Source of the DNA: a virus
Lineage: Duplodnaviria > Caudoviricetes
Strand: one strand, 5' to 3'
Length of the DNA: 45,738 nt
IMG/VR virus record: IMGVR_UViG_3300044450_000301
Location: 1-45,738 of that record
Under the pieces are notes generated by a model. That model was not told where the DNA came from. It worked only from the letters and a program-made list of their open reading frames with translations, and made no database searches. Both the position numbers and the translations under genes were made by a program. Positions 26,001 through 34,211 of the stretch are shown in pieces (positions within the stretch are counted from its first letter, which is position 1; every line of letters begins with the position of its first letter).

Positions 26001-28724
26001 GAGCGCAAGGCCGCTGAGGAAGCGGCGAAGCTGGGCGCGATCCTGGCGCGCGAGGGCGTATGGATGGGTAATGCGCGCCGTCGCATCGCCACCAAGGCGC
26101 GCGCGGCCGTGCGCGAGGAAGCTACGCCGGATGCTGTTGCCGCCCAGGTCGAGCAAGCGAACCGATCGACGGCGAACTATAACGAGACTGTCGGCAAGCT
26201 GATCGCCGCCAAGCGCCGCCAGCTTCTCAACCATGCTCTCTATATGGAAGCCCGCAAGGTGGCCGATGAGGTCGAGAAGGCTGAGCGGTTCATCGCGCGG
26301 CTCACCAAGAAATCGAAGCGCGAGCAAATCGCCGGGGCTGGCCGTCGATCGAATGCCACCTTCGACTATCTCGCCGCGATCGATGAAATCCTGGAGCGGT
26401 ACGATTTCCGCAAGATGAGCGGCAAGGCCGAAGATCGGCGCGGCGCGCTGGTCGCATTCATCGAAGGGATGAAAGCAGCCGGTCGCGAGAATGAACTTGC
26501 GATCCCCGATCACGTTCTCCAGGACGCCGGCCGCAAGCCGTACAAGACGGTCGCGGTAGAGGAATTGCGCGGCGTCATCGACAGTCTGAAAAACCTGGAG
26601 CATATCGCGCTGCGCTGGAACAAGCTGATCGACGCTGAAACCCAGCGCGAGCTTGACGCTGCCGTCCAGGAGATCGCGGACGCATTCGACGCGAACTTGC
26701 CCAAGCGTCCGCCCGGTCGCGTAGCATCAACGGGCGAAGGTCTACGCAACGCTGCGCGTCAATTTCTCGATCTGGTCCTGAATGCTTCCACGATCCTGCG
26801 CGAGATCGATGGGCTCAAGGATTTCGGGCCAGCCTATCGAAACATCAAGGCTCCGATCGACGCAGCCATGACGCGCCTGATCTCGCGCCGGGAAAAGGCC
26901 GCGGTCGATCTCGACGCGCTCTATGCGGTCTATTCGAAGGATGAGCGCCGCCGCATGGCGGTGCGCGAACACATCCCGGCGCTGGGCTACGCGATGTCGA
27001 AATGGGAGCGGATCGCGGTCGCGCTCAATACGGGCAATGAGGGCAATTTCTCTCGCCTGACCGACAAGCGCATTCGCGGATCGCTGACTGAGGCGCAAGT
27101 GACGGCCGTCCTGTCGACGCTCGATGAGCGCGACGCTGATTTCATTCAATCGGTGTGGGATTACGTGGCGTCGTTCCGAAACGATATCGCCGCCCGCGAG
27201 CGCCGCGCAACCGGCGTCGAACCGGCCTGGGTCGAGCCCAAGCCCGTCACCATTGCCGGCAAGGCGCTGAGCGGCGGGTACTACCCGCTCAAATACGATC
27301 CGCGCCTGTCCTCGCTCGCCCGCGACGATGAGGTTGCCGATATCGCTCAGTCGCTCCAGGCGGGCCGGTTCGGCAAGGCTCAGACGCGCAACGGCCACCT
27401 CAAAGAGCGCGCGAAGTCGTCGGGCAGGGATATCCAACTCGATATGTCCGTGCTGCACCGTCACGTCAATCAGGTCATCTATGATCTGGAACTTTCCGAG
27501 CCGGTCGCGAACGCATGGCGCATCCTCCAGGATGGACGCATTCGATCGGCGTTCATGGATGCCGGAAAGCAACCGGATTTCGACGCGCTGGAAACCTGGT
27601 TGAAGGACGTTGCCGAAGGTGAGCTTAGATCGGCCGATCTGGTCGGACGCGGCGCGCGGGCGCTGAAATCGAACTTCACGGCCGCGAAGCTGGCGTTCAA
27701 CCTGTCGACGGTCGCGGTCCAGATTACCGGCCTTTCGCAGTCGATGGTTGTGGTTGGCAAGAAAGACTTCATGCGCGGACTGAATGCGTCGCTGCGGCGC
27801 GGCGTGGTCGATGAGATCGAGGCCAAGTCGCAATTCATGCGGGCGCGCAAGACAACCTTCAACAAGGATATCTTCGACTTCTACAACGATCCGAAAACCG
27901 GGCCGGTCGCTTCGCGATGGGGCGACATCAAGCGCGAGATCATCGGGCCGCTTTCCTTCTGGCTCATGACGAAAGTGCAGTTCCAGCTTGTCGACGTTCC
28001 GACATGGATGGCCGGATATAAACAGGGGCTTCGCAAGTTCGGCGGCGATGAGGCCAAGGCCGTCGCCCACGCCGACGCGATCGTGAAGCGCGCCCAGGCG
28101 TCCGGCATGTTCTCCGACCGCTCGGCGGTCGAGCGAGGGTCGGTCAACCGCACCGCGCGGCAGAATGATGTGGTGCGCCTGTTTACGGCGCTGGGCTCTT
28201 ATATGTTCGCCAAGTTCAACGTCGCCTATGAGCGCACCACGCGGGCGCGGCGCACGATCGCAAGCGAAGGCGCAAGCGTCCAATCTGTGCAAGAGGCGCT
28301 GTCCTGGACGCTTGACATGGCATTCCTGTTTACGCTGGAGGCCGTGATCATCGCTGCGATCAAGGGCCGGCTCCCTGATAGCGACGATGAGGATGATCTT
28401 GGCTGGATTGCATGGCTCGCGAAGGAAACCGGCTTTTCCGCAATGGCGACGGTTCCGTTCGTTCGCGACATAGCATCGGTCGCGTCCGGCTTCGAAGGCG
28501 GCGGCGCGTATGGCGCGATCACCAAAGAGTTCGCTGAGCCGTTCAAACAGGCGTCGCAAGGCGAGATCGACAAGGCGCTCATCAAGTCGATCGTCAACGC
28601 GACCGGGCTGGCGACCGGCCTGCCGGCCACCCAGGCAAATCGCATTATTGACGCGGCGGCGCGGCAGGCTGAGGGCGATGATGTTTCCCCGCTCGAATAC
28701 CTTCTCGGCCGCATGGGGAAGTGA
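20007..28724 (+). CDS. Large polyvalent internal virion protein (LPD23-like, two ART-like domains, HExxH metallopeptidase)
   Basis: GPDGRWRFEISD/LHEIAH/GEVEARN; VTIYRAIP/NPGDWVT/IHEFGY; YHGSPH/FGWGLYF; STFLHESGH/QEQFARAFE. Confidence 0.9.
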   Translation: MFTLAEYERWKAERQENGVGAAQVVIGSVNEKPDDLAGDLMLANEFGKATGNPVPPLPLVKEYRNVFQEAVEREKNKTILSGAPVLTEWLRDPENATLARDDLTGLSWWETVFGAGRNAVGRGILRVPQSFNQWMAHEAAKRADDADRSFGDILGDEMAIRNSAGEVAGATHLPGPDDLFWAGSRFLTSRLAGLYSDQEANAAEYQRRVGEIANRIADIPMSPAGERFKQAYVALEPTGDLRGDLSSFMSAVAADPGGFMAFLTETAAESAPSLAAATATMMATRNPTAGAIMLGASSGLTEAGVAPAEFFAEMGIDISTEEGALQAISDPAIMKAAADRGLTRGLIIGALDGLSGGIAGQQLAASPLGNMVLQSIVQAVLGGAGEGLAQVASGQDFNINEVLIEALAEFVTAPVEVAGVGGRGYLSAVRKAREAENRKALFAELSGQAQNSKLRQRMPDRFREFVERATANGPVENVYVPADQFVQYFQGIGVDPFALVDELDGVSADDLDIALAGGGDLQIPTATYAAKIAGSEHDAFLMENMRFDPDAFTAREAAEFNARAQDALEEAWEVAEAVRLEQEELRSFEQEIYDTMVSRLRAAGRGTDVATNEAMLYPAFYRVMAERSGMTIEDFMSAYPLPQVRGDLPEGMQYRDVDALNRTLAEARARRKAGLDRRGPSLLEFIDSYGGMVDVGGELRARDAETVKRGKGRKTLKLARSGVGAAVSDMFGGRSGRKHGYEDIAQAAIEAGYMRDNPIANEYREAMREGREVPDIRLALFEAIDRELAGEPDFATEADASADAQADLDRIEEYLAQIGASLDDDDAAIRDAIEADQAGRQYGQFAGARAATLDRSGFMRAQDMRDAGATRDEIYDETGFFVGPDGRWRFEISDADAELRTGAFDRFSGRMTASATDLRQVLHHPKLYEAYPQLLDMWVDLSINPKNQNKGTFFGDAPRIAVEAKTIEKARSILLHEIAHAIQHIEGFATGGNLSMGEAYSGAQVEFLQNDIRQLEADLEKAYANLDRDKIDELTTSLEAAQRGLVRAAKYEYYRRIAGEVEARNVQTRDRMQRRADGNNKTWENILREDGIDPKSPEGIAWLGGEGWQETVDAPWWTADVTDDKIIIVRSDEAGEAYKALSAGYRGQHEAPGRDGGAPLHDLTGGGEVYPDDIYSDKAAQYYGHFGGGSPLDRETIKIIHSFKGKPDAKVTIYRAIPSEIDAEINPGDWVTVNRNYAVDHGETALRGDYKIIEKEVTAGDVFTNGDSIHEFGYSPVGPLILYQPAYHGSPHLFDKFSTDHIGTGEGAQAFGWGLYFAGKKEIADYYRQTLAGETFTTADGATWSPDSLEHLNVRVAARKNGVDIDATIARARELLETATDQTREILEGDIASLEGLKARGPLTFNSGRVFEVDIPADDELLIWDLPLDQQPERVRAAIEAALTRQLNTSMERGEDWAVSAWDNLLNEWDWSEETGEDFYKAIGGRLDRDPLSGEGSGGSFDDKGNPRARLASVWLSEIGVPGHRYLDGVSRNPAGAPSTDGDTYNYVIYDDSRINVTRFEQSGDVRGARGSIQFPAGGVGNGDTVVRLFQSADLSTFLHESGHYFLTVLRDLATKGEGGAVADFDTIKAWWLSNAGDVAKDAMRVMPDANVASDDVIRAIESGGTGDVVKDAAIDVGMQEQFARAFETYLMEGKAPSIELRTAFEKFRAWLISIYQRLAGLDVKVSDDIRGVFDRMIASDAEIAQAQAEAGATGPLFATAEEMGLTQAEYDAFLKLRVQAEDEAKARLLRVAMAPVKRAREKWFKDERAKVRDEVEREVNAHRYYRALEWMGNRRWLGEGKPESLPDIRLSKDILVDRYGEGVLKTLPRGKQTIYALEGGIDPDDAAGWFGFDSGDEMIKALETAPPRKEAIEAETDKLMRERHGDPLNDGSIEAEALDAVHVDKRGQWIAAELKAVVEVAETGIAMTAKEARATARDTVSRMRVRDAMNVNRFLTAERKAAEEAAKLGAILAREGVWMGNARRRIATKARAAVREEATPDAVAAQVEQANRSTANYNETVGKLIAAKRRQLLNHALYMEARKVADEVEKAERFIARLTKKSKREQIAGAGRRSNATFDYLAAIDEILERYDFRKMSGKAEDRRGALVAFIEGMKAAGRENELAIPDHVLQDAGRKPYKTVAVEELRGVIDSLKNLEHIALRWNKLIDAETQRELDAAVQEIADAFDANLPKRPPGRVASTGEGLRNAARQFLDLVLNASTILREIDGLKDFGPAYRNIKAPIDAAMTRLISRREKAAVDLDALYAVYSKDERRRMAVREHIPALGYAMSKWERIAVALNTGNEGNFSRLTDKRIRGSLTEAQVTAVLSTLDERDADFIQSVWDYVASFRNDIAARERRATGVEPAWVEPKPVTIAGKALSGGYYPLKYDPRLSSLARDDEVADIAQSLQAGRFGKAQTRNGHLKERAKSSGRDIQLDMSVLHRHVNQVIYDLELSEPVANAWRILQDGRIRSAFMDAGKQPDFDALETWLKDVAEGELRSADLVGRGARALKSNFTAAKLAFNLSTVAVQITGLSQSMVVVGKKDFMRGLNASLRRGVVDEIEAKSQFMRARKTTFNKDIFDFYNDPKTGPVASRWGDIKREIIGPLSFWLMTKVQFQLVDVPTWMAGYKQGLRKFGGDEAKAVAHADAIVKRAQASGMFSDRSAVERGSVNRTARQNDVVRLFTALGSYMFAKFNVAYERTTRARRTIASEGASVQSVQEALSWTLDMAFLFTLEAVIIAAIKGRLPDSDDEDDLGWIAWLAKETGFSAMATVPFVRDIASVASGFEGGGAYGAITKEFAEPFKQASQGEIDKALIKSIVNATGLATGLPATQANRIIDAAARQAEGDDVSPLEYLLGRMGK

Positions 28725-28771
28725 CGGCAACCCTTGGAATGTATGGTCTGCGCCATCTGGAGTAAGCGCCC

Positions 28772-30145
28772 ATGACGATCGCGAGCGAAACAAACAAGTC
28801 CGGCCCGTATAACGGCAACGGGTCGACTACGGCGTTCGACTACGATTTCAAGATCACTGACGAAACGCATCTGTCGGTCATCCTGAATGTCGATGGTGTC
28901 GAGACGGTGCAGACGTTGACGACGCATTACACGGTGAGCGGCGTCGGTGATGCGGGCGGCGGACAGGTGAATTTCGTGACTGCGCCCGCCTCGGGCGAAA
29001 CCGTCACGATCATTCTCGATATCCCGTTCACCCAGGAAACGGACCTGGAAAACCAGGGCGCATATTACGCCGAAACGATCGAGGCTGCGCTAGACCTGGC
29101 GGCGCAACGCGATCTCCAGCTAAAGGAGCAAGTGGATCGATCGGTAAAGCTGCCGGCGTCATCCGATGTTTCTGGTCTTGATGATCTGATCGCTGATATC
29201 GTTCTGCTTGCCGACTACACAACCGAACTCGCGGCGGTGTCAGGATCGATCGTCAACGTGAATGCTGTTGGCGATGATATCGCGAATGTGAACACGGTCG
29301 CAGGCTCGATCGCGAATGTGAACACGGTCGCGGGCTCGATCGCGAATGTGAACACGGTCGCGGGCATCGATACCGAAGTGGCGACGGTAGCGGGTGACAG
29401 CACCTATATCCAGACTTGCGCGGGGATCGCGGCCGACATTACGGTCGTTGCCGGGATCGGCGCGGACGTGAGCGCGGTCGCCGGTCGCGACACTGAGATC
29501 GCCGCGCTCGGCGCTCGCACAACCGAGATCGACGCCCTGTATGCGGAAATCGGCTCGATCAGCACCAAGGCCAATATTGACGGGTCGAATATCAGCGATG
29601 CCGCGACATTCCGAACAAATATCGCCGCCCTCAAGACTGACGGATCGAACGTCAGTGACGCCGCAACGTTTCGCGGCAACATCGGCGTTCGCGCGGCTGA
29701 GGTAGGTGAGATTACTGACTATGCCGGATCGACTGCGCCGACAGGCTGGCTGCTCTGCTATGGACAAAATGTCAGCCGAACGACCTACGCGGCGCTGTTC
29801 GCAAAGATCGGAACCACATTCGGGGCCGGTGACGGCTCCACGACATTCGGCATTCCTGACTTGCGCGGCCGGGTAACGGTCGGCAAGGACAACATGGGCG
29901 GCTCGGCCGCTGGTCGCATGACGGGATCGTCCGGCCTTTCGCCCAATGGTACGGTCCTCGGCAGCACGGGCGGTCAGGAAAACAATACCCTGACGCGCAC
30001 ACAATTGCCGACTGACGCCATCGCGGCGGGGGGTGCCTTTGCTGACCAGGGCGCTACCGGCTCGACTGGTCGCGGCGGGGGCGGATCGCACAATAACGTC
30101 CAGCCGTCCATTATTCTCAACAAGATCATCTATGCTGGAGCCTGA
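28772..30145 (+). CDS. Tail fibre protein (T7-like N-terminal anchor, repeat shaft, tail-collar domain)
   Basis: GNGSTTAFDYDF...PFTQETDL...EAALD; PTGWLLCYGQ...IPDLRGR; HNNVQPSIILNKII. Confidence 0.92.
   Translation: MTIASETNKSGPYNGNGSTTAFDYDFKITDETHLSVILNVDGVETVQTLTTHYTVSGVGDAGGGQVNFVTAPASGETVTIILDIPFTQETDLENQGAYYAETIEAALDLAAQRDLQLKEQVDRSVKLPASSDVSGLDDLIADIVLLADYTTELAAVSGSIVNVNAVGDDIANVNTVAGSIANVNTVAGSIANVNTVAGIDTEVATVAGDSTYIQTCAGIAADITVVAGIGADVSAVAGRDTEIAALGARTTEIDALYAEIGSISTKANIDGSNISDAATFRTNIAALKTDGSNVSDAATFRGNIGVRAAEVGEITDYAGSTAPTGWLLCYGQNVSRTTYAALFAKIGTTFGAGDGSTTFGIPDLRGRVTVGKDNMGGSAAGRMTGSSGLSPNGTVLGSTGGQENNTLTRTQLPTDAIAAGGAFADQGATGSTGRGGGGSHNNVQPSIILNKIIYAGA
29279..29368 (+). repeat. 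3 x 30-bp in-frame tandem repeat (IANVNTVAGS)
   Basis: ATCGCGAATGTGAACACGGTCGCRGGC repeated. Confidence 0.95.
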
Positions 30146-30147
30146 GC

Positions 30148-30696
30148 ATGACGCTTGTCATTGATGCCGCGACGGTCGACCTATACGGCGGTTCCGCTGA
30201 ACTGGCCGCAAAGGTTGCTGCTTTCCAGTCTGCGATTGCCGCTCACGCATTCACGGTCGATGCGCCTCGGCCTATTGCCGATCCGCTTGTCGAGTGCATT
30301 GCGCTGGAACATGACGGCGCTTTCGATGTCGAGAAACCCGATCCCTTGCCGATTTCGAGCGAAGTAAATCGCGAGCGCGATCGTCGCGTTGCAGCCGGCA
30401 AGAGCATCGCCGTTCCTGGCTATGGCGACATTCCCGTTGACGGAAGCCCGACCACGCAACTCAATCTTCTGGCGCTGAAAGATACCGCGCGTGACCTGAA
30501 ATCTGCCGGCGTCACCGATCCTGTCATCCCCTACCGCGACGCGATGAACGATCAGCACTTGCTAACGGCTGATCAGGTTATCGAGCTTGTCGACGCGGGG
30601 AAGCAATACGTCCAGGCGATCTATTCGGCGTCTTGGGCATTGAAGGCCATGAACCCGATCCCTGACGACTACGCCAAGGATGCCTATTGGCCCTGA
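30148..30696 (+). CDS. Tail fibre assembly chaperone-like (DUF4376-like)
   Basis: VNRERDRR, YRDAMN, IYSASWALK, C-terminal YWP. Confidence 0.8.
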   Translation: MTLVIDAATVDLYGGSAELAAKVAAFQSAIAAHAFTVDAPRPIADPLVECIALEHDGAFDVEKPDPLPISSEVNRERDRRVAAGKSIAVPGYGDIPVDGSPTTQLNLLALKDTARDLKSAGVTDPVIPYRDAMNDQHLLTADQVIELVDAGKQYVQAIYSASWALKAMNPIPDDYAKDAYWP

Positions 30697-30711
30697 CCTG
30701 GAGACTGACCG

Positions 30712-31116
30712 TTGGCGGAATTGAGCGACGTCCTGGTGATGCTTGGTGAGGTCAATGCCGGCGTCAAGCAATTGCGACGGGATTTCAGTGAAGAAAAGGA
30801 GGCCGCGCGCAAGAGCCGCGAAGTCATTCATTCGCGCCTCGATGAGCATGTCAGCCTGATCGGCAGACTTCGAACCGATATCGAGATCACGGAAAAGACC
30901 GTTGCCCAGGTGAGCGAGGAAGTGAGGGCGCTGGAGGAAACGGTTGACAGCAATCGCCAGTCCGTTGCGCCGACGATCGAGGACTGGCGGCGCATGAAAA
31001 CGATCGGGCAGGGGATCGCCTGGATCATAGCCGTGGGCGGGCTGTCGGTCGGCGCGATGGTCGTATGGATGGGCGAAAGCCTCGCGGCCGTGGTGCGCCA
31101 CTGGCTCAAGCTCTGA
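30712..31116 (+). CDS. Coiled-coil protein with C-terminal TM (DUF1515-like), lysis region
   Basis: SREVIHSRLDE, PTIEDWRRMK plus TM; GGAG RBS. Confidence 0.75.
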   Translation: MAELSDVLVMLGEVNAGVKQLRRDFSEEKEAARKSREVIHSRLDEHVSLIGRLRTDIEITEKTVAQVSEEVRALEETVDSNRQSVAPTIEDWRRMKTIGQGIAWIIAVGGLSVGAMVVWMGESLAAVVRHWLKL

Positions 31117-31173
31117 TTTTTCGCCGCAACCCTTGCCGGTTCATGGTGCCGCCTCCTAATCGGAGATCAAGTC

Positions 31174-31374
31174 ATGTCCGCATATGCCCGCATCATCCTG
31201 CGCTATTTGGCGATGTTCCTGATCGCCAAGGGTGTGTTTTCACCTGAGCTTGGCGACGCAATCGCCAGCGATCCCGATATCCTCATGCTTGTCCAGGTTG
31301 TCACTGGCGGTGTTGTCGCGCTGGCGGCTGAGGCATGGTATGGGATCGCGAAGCGACTTGGGTGGTCGACGTGA
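31174..31374 (+). CDS. Small 2-TM holin-like protein
   Basis: ARIILRY...AEAWYGIAKRLGWST. Confidence 0.65.
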   Translation: MSAYARIILRYLAMFLIAKGVFSPELGDAIASDPDILMLVQVVTGGVVALAAEAWYGIAKRLGWST

Positions 31375-31802
31375 GTACCTTCGCCATCCTCAGCACGATC
31401 GCGACCGTTCTGTTGGGCGGCGGCGCTGGCATATTCGCCAGCAAGGCTGGGTGGCTGAAATCGCTCGGCGGCGGCTTTCTCGATCGCGCCCTGTCGAGCA
31501 TTGACAAATATGTCGAAGGTCAAACCGATCGCGAGCGGATCAAGGCTGGCGTGGTTCAATCCTACTATGAGAACCGCGCATCATGGATGAAGGCGGGCGG
31601 CTTCATTCTGCTGATGCTGTTCGCGATCCCGACTGCGGTCCATTACGGCGCGGTGACGCTGTATTCGCTGATCTGGTGCGCCGATTGCGCCTATCCCCAG
31701 GATTGGACGATCGCCGCGCTTCCTGGGAAGATGGCCGAATGGGAGGAATGGATCATCCTCGCCTGTATCGGCGGCGCTGGCGCTTTCGCCTGGAAGCGCT
31801 AA
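31371..31802 (+). CDS. Membrane protein, holin-like
   Basis: GTGA-coupled start; multiple TM segments, WTIAALP motif. Confidence 0.65.
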   Translation: MSTFAILSTIATVLLGGGAGIFASKAGWLKSLGGGFLDRALSSIDKYVEGQTDRERIKAGVVQSYYENRASWMKAGGFILLMLFAIPTAVHYGAVTLYSLIWCADCAYPQDWTIAALPGKMAEWEEWIILACIGGAGAFAWKR

Positions 31803-32182
31803 CCGGCCGCTGCCGCTTCGGCGCGCGATCGCCCTGAGAGGTAGGGCTTCACCAGGACATCGCCGCGCTGGAGCGATCCCTTGTCATACAGATGCGCGAG
31901 CGCTTCGGACGGCGGTACGTAGGATCGCCGCTCGGGGCGCTCGATCTCATCCTCCTGCTGCCAGATGAGTTCCAGGCGGCAAATCTCCGTCCAGATATTC
32001 ATTCGCTTGGCAACGTCGCGCTCGCGGCGCAAGGCGCGGAATAGATCGTAGATATCCGCGCCGCGCTGCATGCGACGATTGTTGAAAGTCAGCCGGCAAC
32101 GCGCGCAACAGAACTTTTGGCCCGCGCGGCGTCCTGTGATGCGATTTCCGCATTCGTGGCAGTCGTTGGCCGTGAAGGTCAT
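31799..32182 (-). CDS. Zinc-finger phage protein
   Basis: CHEC...FCCARC...NNRRMQRG; AGGAG RBS. Confidence 0.8.
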   Translation of the reverse strand: MTFTANDCHECGNRITGRRAGQKFCCARCRLTFNNRRMQRGADIYDLFRALRRERDVAKRMNIWTEICRLELIWQQEDEIERPERRSYVPPSEALAHLYDKGSLQRGDVLVKPYLSGRSRAEAAAAG

Positions 32183-32246
32183 AACCCATGCTCCTGAACG
32201 ATTTGAGCGCCCCGCGTTTAAACGGGGCGCTCATCATGTAGCATAG

Positions 32247-32285
32247 CGATGTGATTATCGCAACACTGTTGCGATAATTATGCGG
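32247..32285. promoter_or_regulatory. Tandem operator-like sites upstream of the zinc-finger gene
   Basis: CGATGTGATTATCGCAACA (32247-32265) followed by TGTTGCGATAAT. Confidence 0.7.
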
Positions 32286-32622
32286 GCTCGGTCTGCTTGC
32301 CCTTCTTGCCCTTGATGAACTCGGGAGCATCGGCGTCGTACTTCTGTTCGCCGCTGGCGTTGGGTTTGGTGTCGTCGGGCTTGGTGTCCTGGTCCTTTCC
32401 GTCGCCTTGGCTCTCGTCGCCGCTGGGCTGCTCGTCATCGACGCGACGGGTTTTCTGCTCCGCCTTCACCTCATCGATCTGAGCGGCCGCGAGTACCGGC
32501 GCATAGTCGCCCGTCTCGTGCGCCGTCTTGACGATGCTGAGCGCGTTGAACTGTTCGTCAAGCGTCGTGCCGGTTGGCAGGAACGCCTTTATGACGATCG
32601 CGATGCCTTTCTGGTTTGCCAT
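32278..32622 (-). CDS. Hypothetical protein
   Basis: AAAGGA RBS; low-complexity C-terminus. Confidence 0.75.
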   Translation of the reverse strand: MANQKGIAIVIKAFLPTGTTLDEQFNALSIVKTAHETGDYAPVLAAAQIDEVKAEQKTRRVDDEQPSGDESQGDGKDQDTKPDDTKPNASGEQKYDADAPEFIKGKKGKQTEPA

Positions 32623-32655
32623 GCTGATATCCTTTCGTGATGGCTGGTGTTGGGC

Positions 32656-32868
32656 TCAGGCGCTTCCGGCTCTGAGCTTGCTGGATACCGCCCTGATCTT
32701 GTGATGGGCGATGATGGTCGCGGTTTCGTCGTCATGCGCGTCCGCCGCTGATATGAAATCGAGCTCCGCCGCTAGAAGCCTTAGCTCGGTCGCGGCGGCG
32801 ACAAGATCGGCTTTCTTGCGAAGCGTGATCTCGATCCGCGAAAATGAGGGGATGGTGTCAGATGTCAT
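32656..32868 (-). CDS. Hypothetical protein
   Basis: GAGG RBS; overlaps the recT end. Confidence 0.65.
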   Translation of the reverse strand: MTSDTIPSFSRIEITLRKKADLVAAATELRLLAAELDFISAADAHDDETATIIAHHKIRAVSSKLRAGSA

Positions 32869-33808
32869 CGCCCGGCCCTCGTTCCGGCCCGTCATAATCC
32901 AGCACCTCGCCAGTCTCAGGATCGTAAGGCTGGCCGTGATCGTCGGCGGGGTGTTCCTGCTCCTTCCGGCCGGCGCTCTTGGGCTGTTCCTTCGGCGTCA
33001 CGTCCTTCAACGCCGCCGCCGCGCCGCCACGCTTCTTGCGCGGCGGCTGATCCTGCCGGGTATCGGGAACCGGATCGTGATCGATGTCGAACGTGTAATC
33101 TTCATCGATCCGCTCAACAGCGGACTGGAAGGCGGTTCGATCGCTGCTCGACGGGAGATATTTCGACAGGCGGCGGAACACGGTCTTGCGTGCCATTTCG
33201 CTCCAGTCGCTATCCCAAGGGGTCGACTTGATCTTGTTCGCCTTGAACGCCTTGAAGGCATCGGATCGATCGCGGATGCGGTTCACGTCCTGGACGGTCA
33301 TCACCTCATGGGCGATGCCGCCGTCCTTCAAGACGGCCATCGCATAGACGGCGAACGGATCGCCGCGCTGGCCCTTCAAGTTGATCTTGTGAACGATCGG
33401 CTGCTCGTAGCGCGTCGGCTCGTATTCGAAATCGTCGCCGTCGCGCGCCACCTCGACCACGATGCTTTTGATCTCGCCGCTGTTGTAGGCAAGCTTCAAA
33501 AGCCCGCGCATCATCGGCCGGTATTGGACATCGCCGTTATAGTCGACCACAAGCGCGGCCTCGCGGCCGTCAAGGATCAGACCATCGGTCGCGGCCTTGG
33601 TGCATGCCGCCAGAAGCGATTGAGGGTCTTTCACCTTTTCGATGTTGCGGGTAAGGGCGATCGCGGTCTGCGCAGTGCGAACGAATTTCTCGGCTGTGAT
33701 GTGGCCGGGAAGCGCCTTACCAAACTCTGGTGTCATTGTGACAAGATGATCGCGAAGCGTTTTCGGCTTCTTGTCAGCTTGCGCGGGGAGAGTGTTGGTC
33801 TGTGCCAT
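32858..33808 (-). CDS. recT: RecT-family single-strand annealing recombinase
   Basis: KALPGHITAEKFVR, GLILDGREA, RGLLKLAYNSG, PWDSDWSEMARKTVFRRLSKYLP. Confidence 0.92.
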   Translation of the reverse strand: MAQTNTLPAQADKKPKTLRDHLVTMTPEFGKALPGHITAEKFVRTAQTAIALTRNIEKVKDPQSLLAACTKAATDGLILDGREAALVVDYNGDVQYRPMMRGLLKLAYNSGEIKSIVVEVARDGDDFEYEPTRYEQPIVHKINLKGQRGDPFAVYAMAVLKDGGIAHEVMTVQDVNRIRDRSDAFKAFKANKIKSTPWDSDWSEMARKTVFRRLSKYLPSSSDRTAFQSAVERIDEDYTFDIDHDPVPDTRQDQPPRKKRGGAAAALKDVTPKEQPKSAGRKEQEHPADDHGQPYDPETGEVLDYDGPERGPGDDI

Positions 33809-33974
33809 TGTCAATCTCTCTCAGGAGGGTTGCGGCGCGGCATTGCACCGGCCCGGTTGCTCGCGCGACTTGCCGCAATATCTTCACGGCGATCGCGTGA
33901 TCGCGGTTCGGAGCGCGGCGAAGGAAATGCGCCGCACTCCAGAATTGCTTGGCCCTGATCTCCAGGACGGTCAT
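33774..33974 (-). CDS. Hypothetical protein
   Basis: Fills the gap in the recE-recT operon. Confidence 0.5.
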   Translation of the reverse strand: MTVLEIRAKQFWSAAHFLRRAPNRDHAIAVKILRQVARATGPVQCRAATLLREIDNGTDQHSPRAS

Positions 33975-34211
33975 TCAGTCGAATACCTCATCTAAAGCGG
34001 CGATCTCTGGCCCGAATACGGTAAGGGTCTGGCGCTCGACTTTTGCCCTTGCGGTCAAGCCAGTGTAGGCTTGTGACCATTCGCGGCAATCGCGTCGCCA
34101 CATCATCACGCGCCAGTCAACGCGCGTATCGTTCACCTCGTATCCATGCCGGCGAAGCGCCTCCGCTAAGCGCGGAAGGTTTTTCAGTGAGAGCGGGAAT
34201 TTCTTTGTCAC
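33975..34211 (-). CDS. Hypothetical protein
   Basis: Coupled to the recE stop. Confidence 0.6.
   Translation of the reverse strand: MTKKFPLSLKNLPRLAEALRRHGYEVNDTRVDWRVMMWRRDCREWSQAYTGLTARAKVERQTLTVFGPEIAALDEVFD

Noticed and set aside
26742-28793. Long antisense ORFs (683 aa here, and similar ones opposite portal, capsid, nozzle, recT and dusA)
   Set aside because: Expected shadows of high-GC3 coding strands; no recognisable motifs
28772-32182. BPP-1-type diversity-generating retroelement
   Set aside because: No reverse transcriptase, avd gene or TR/VR pair differing at adenines was seen in the window
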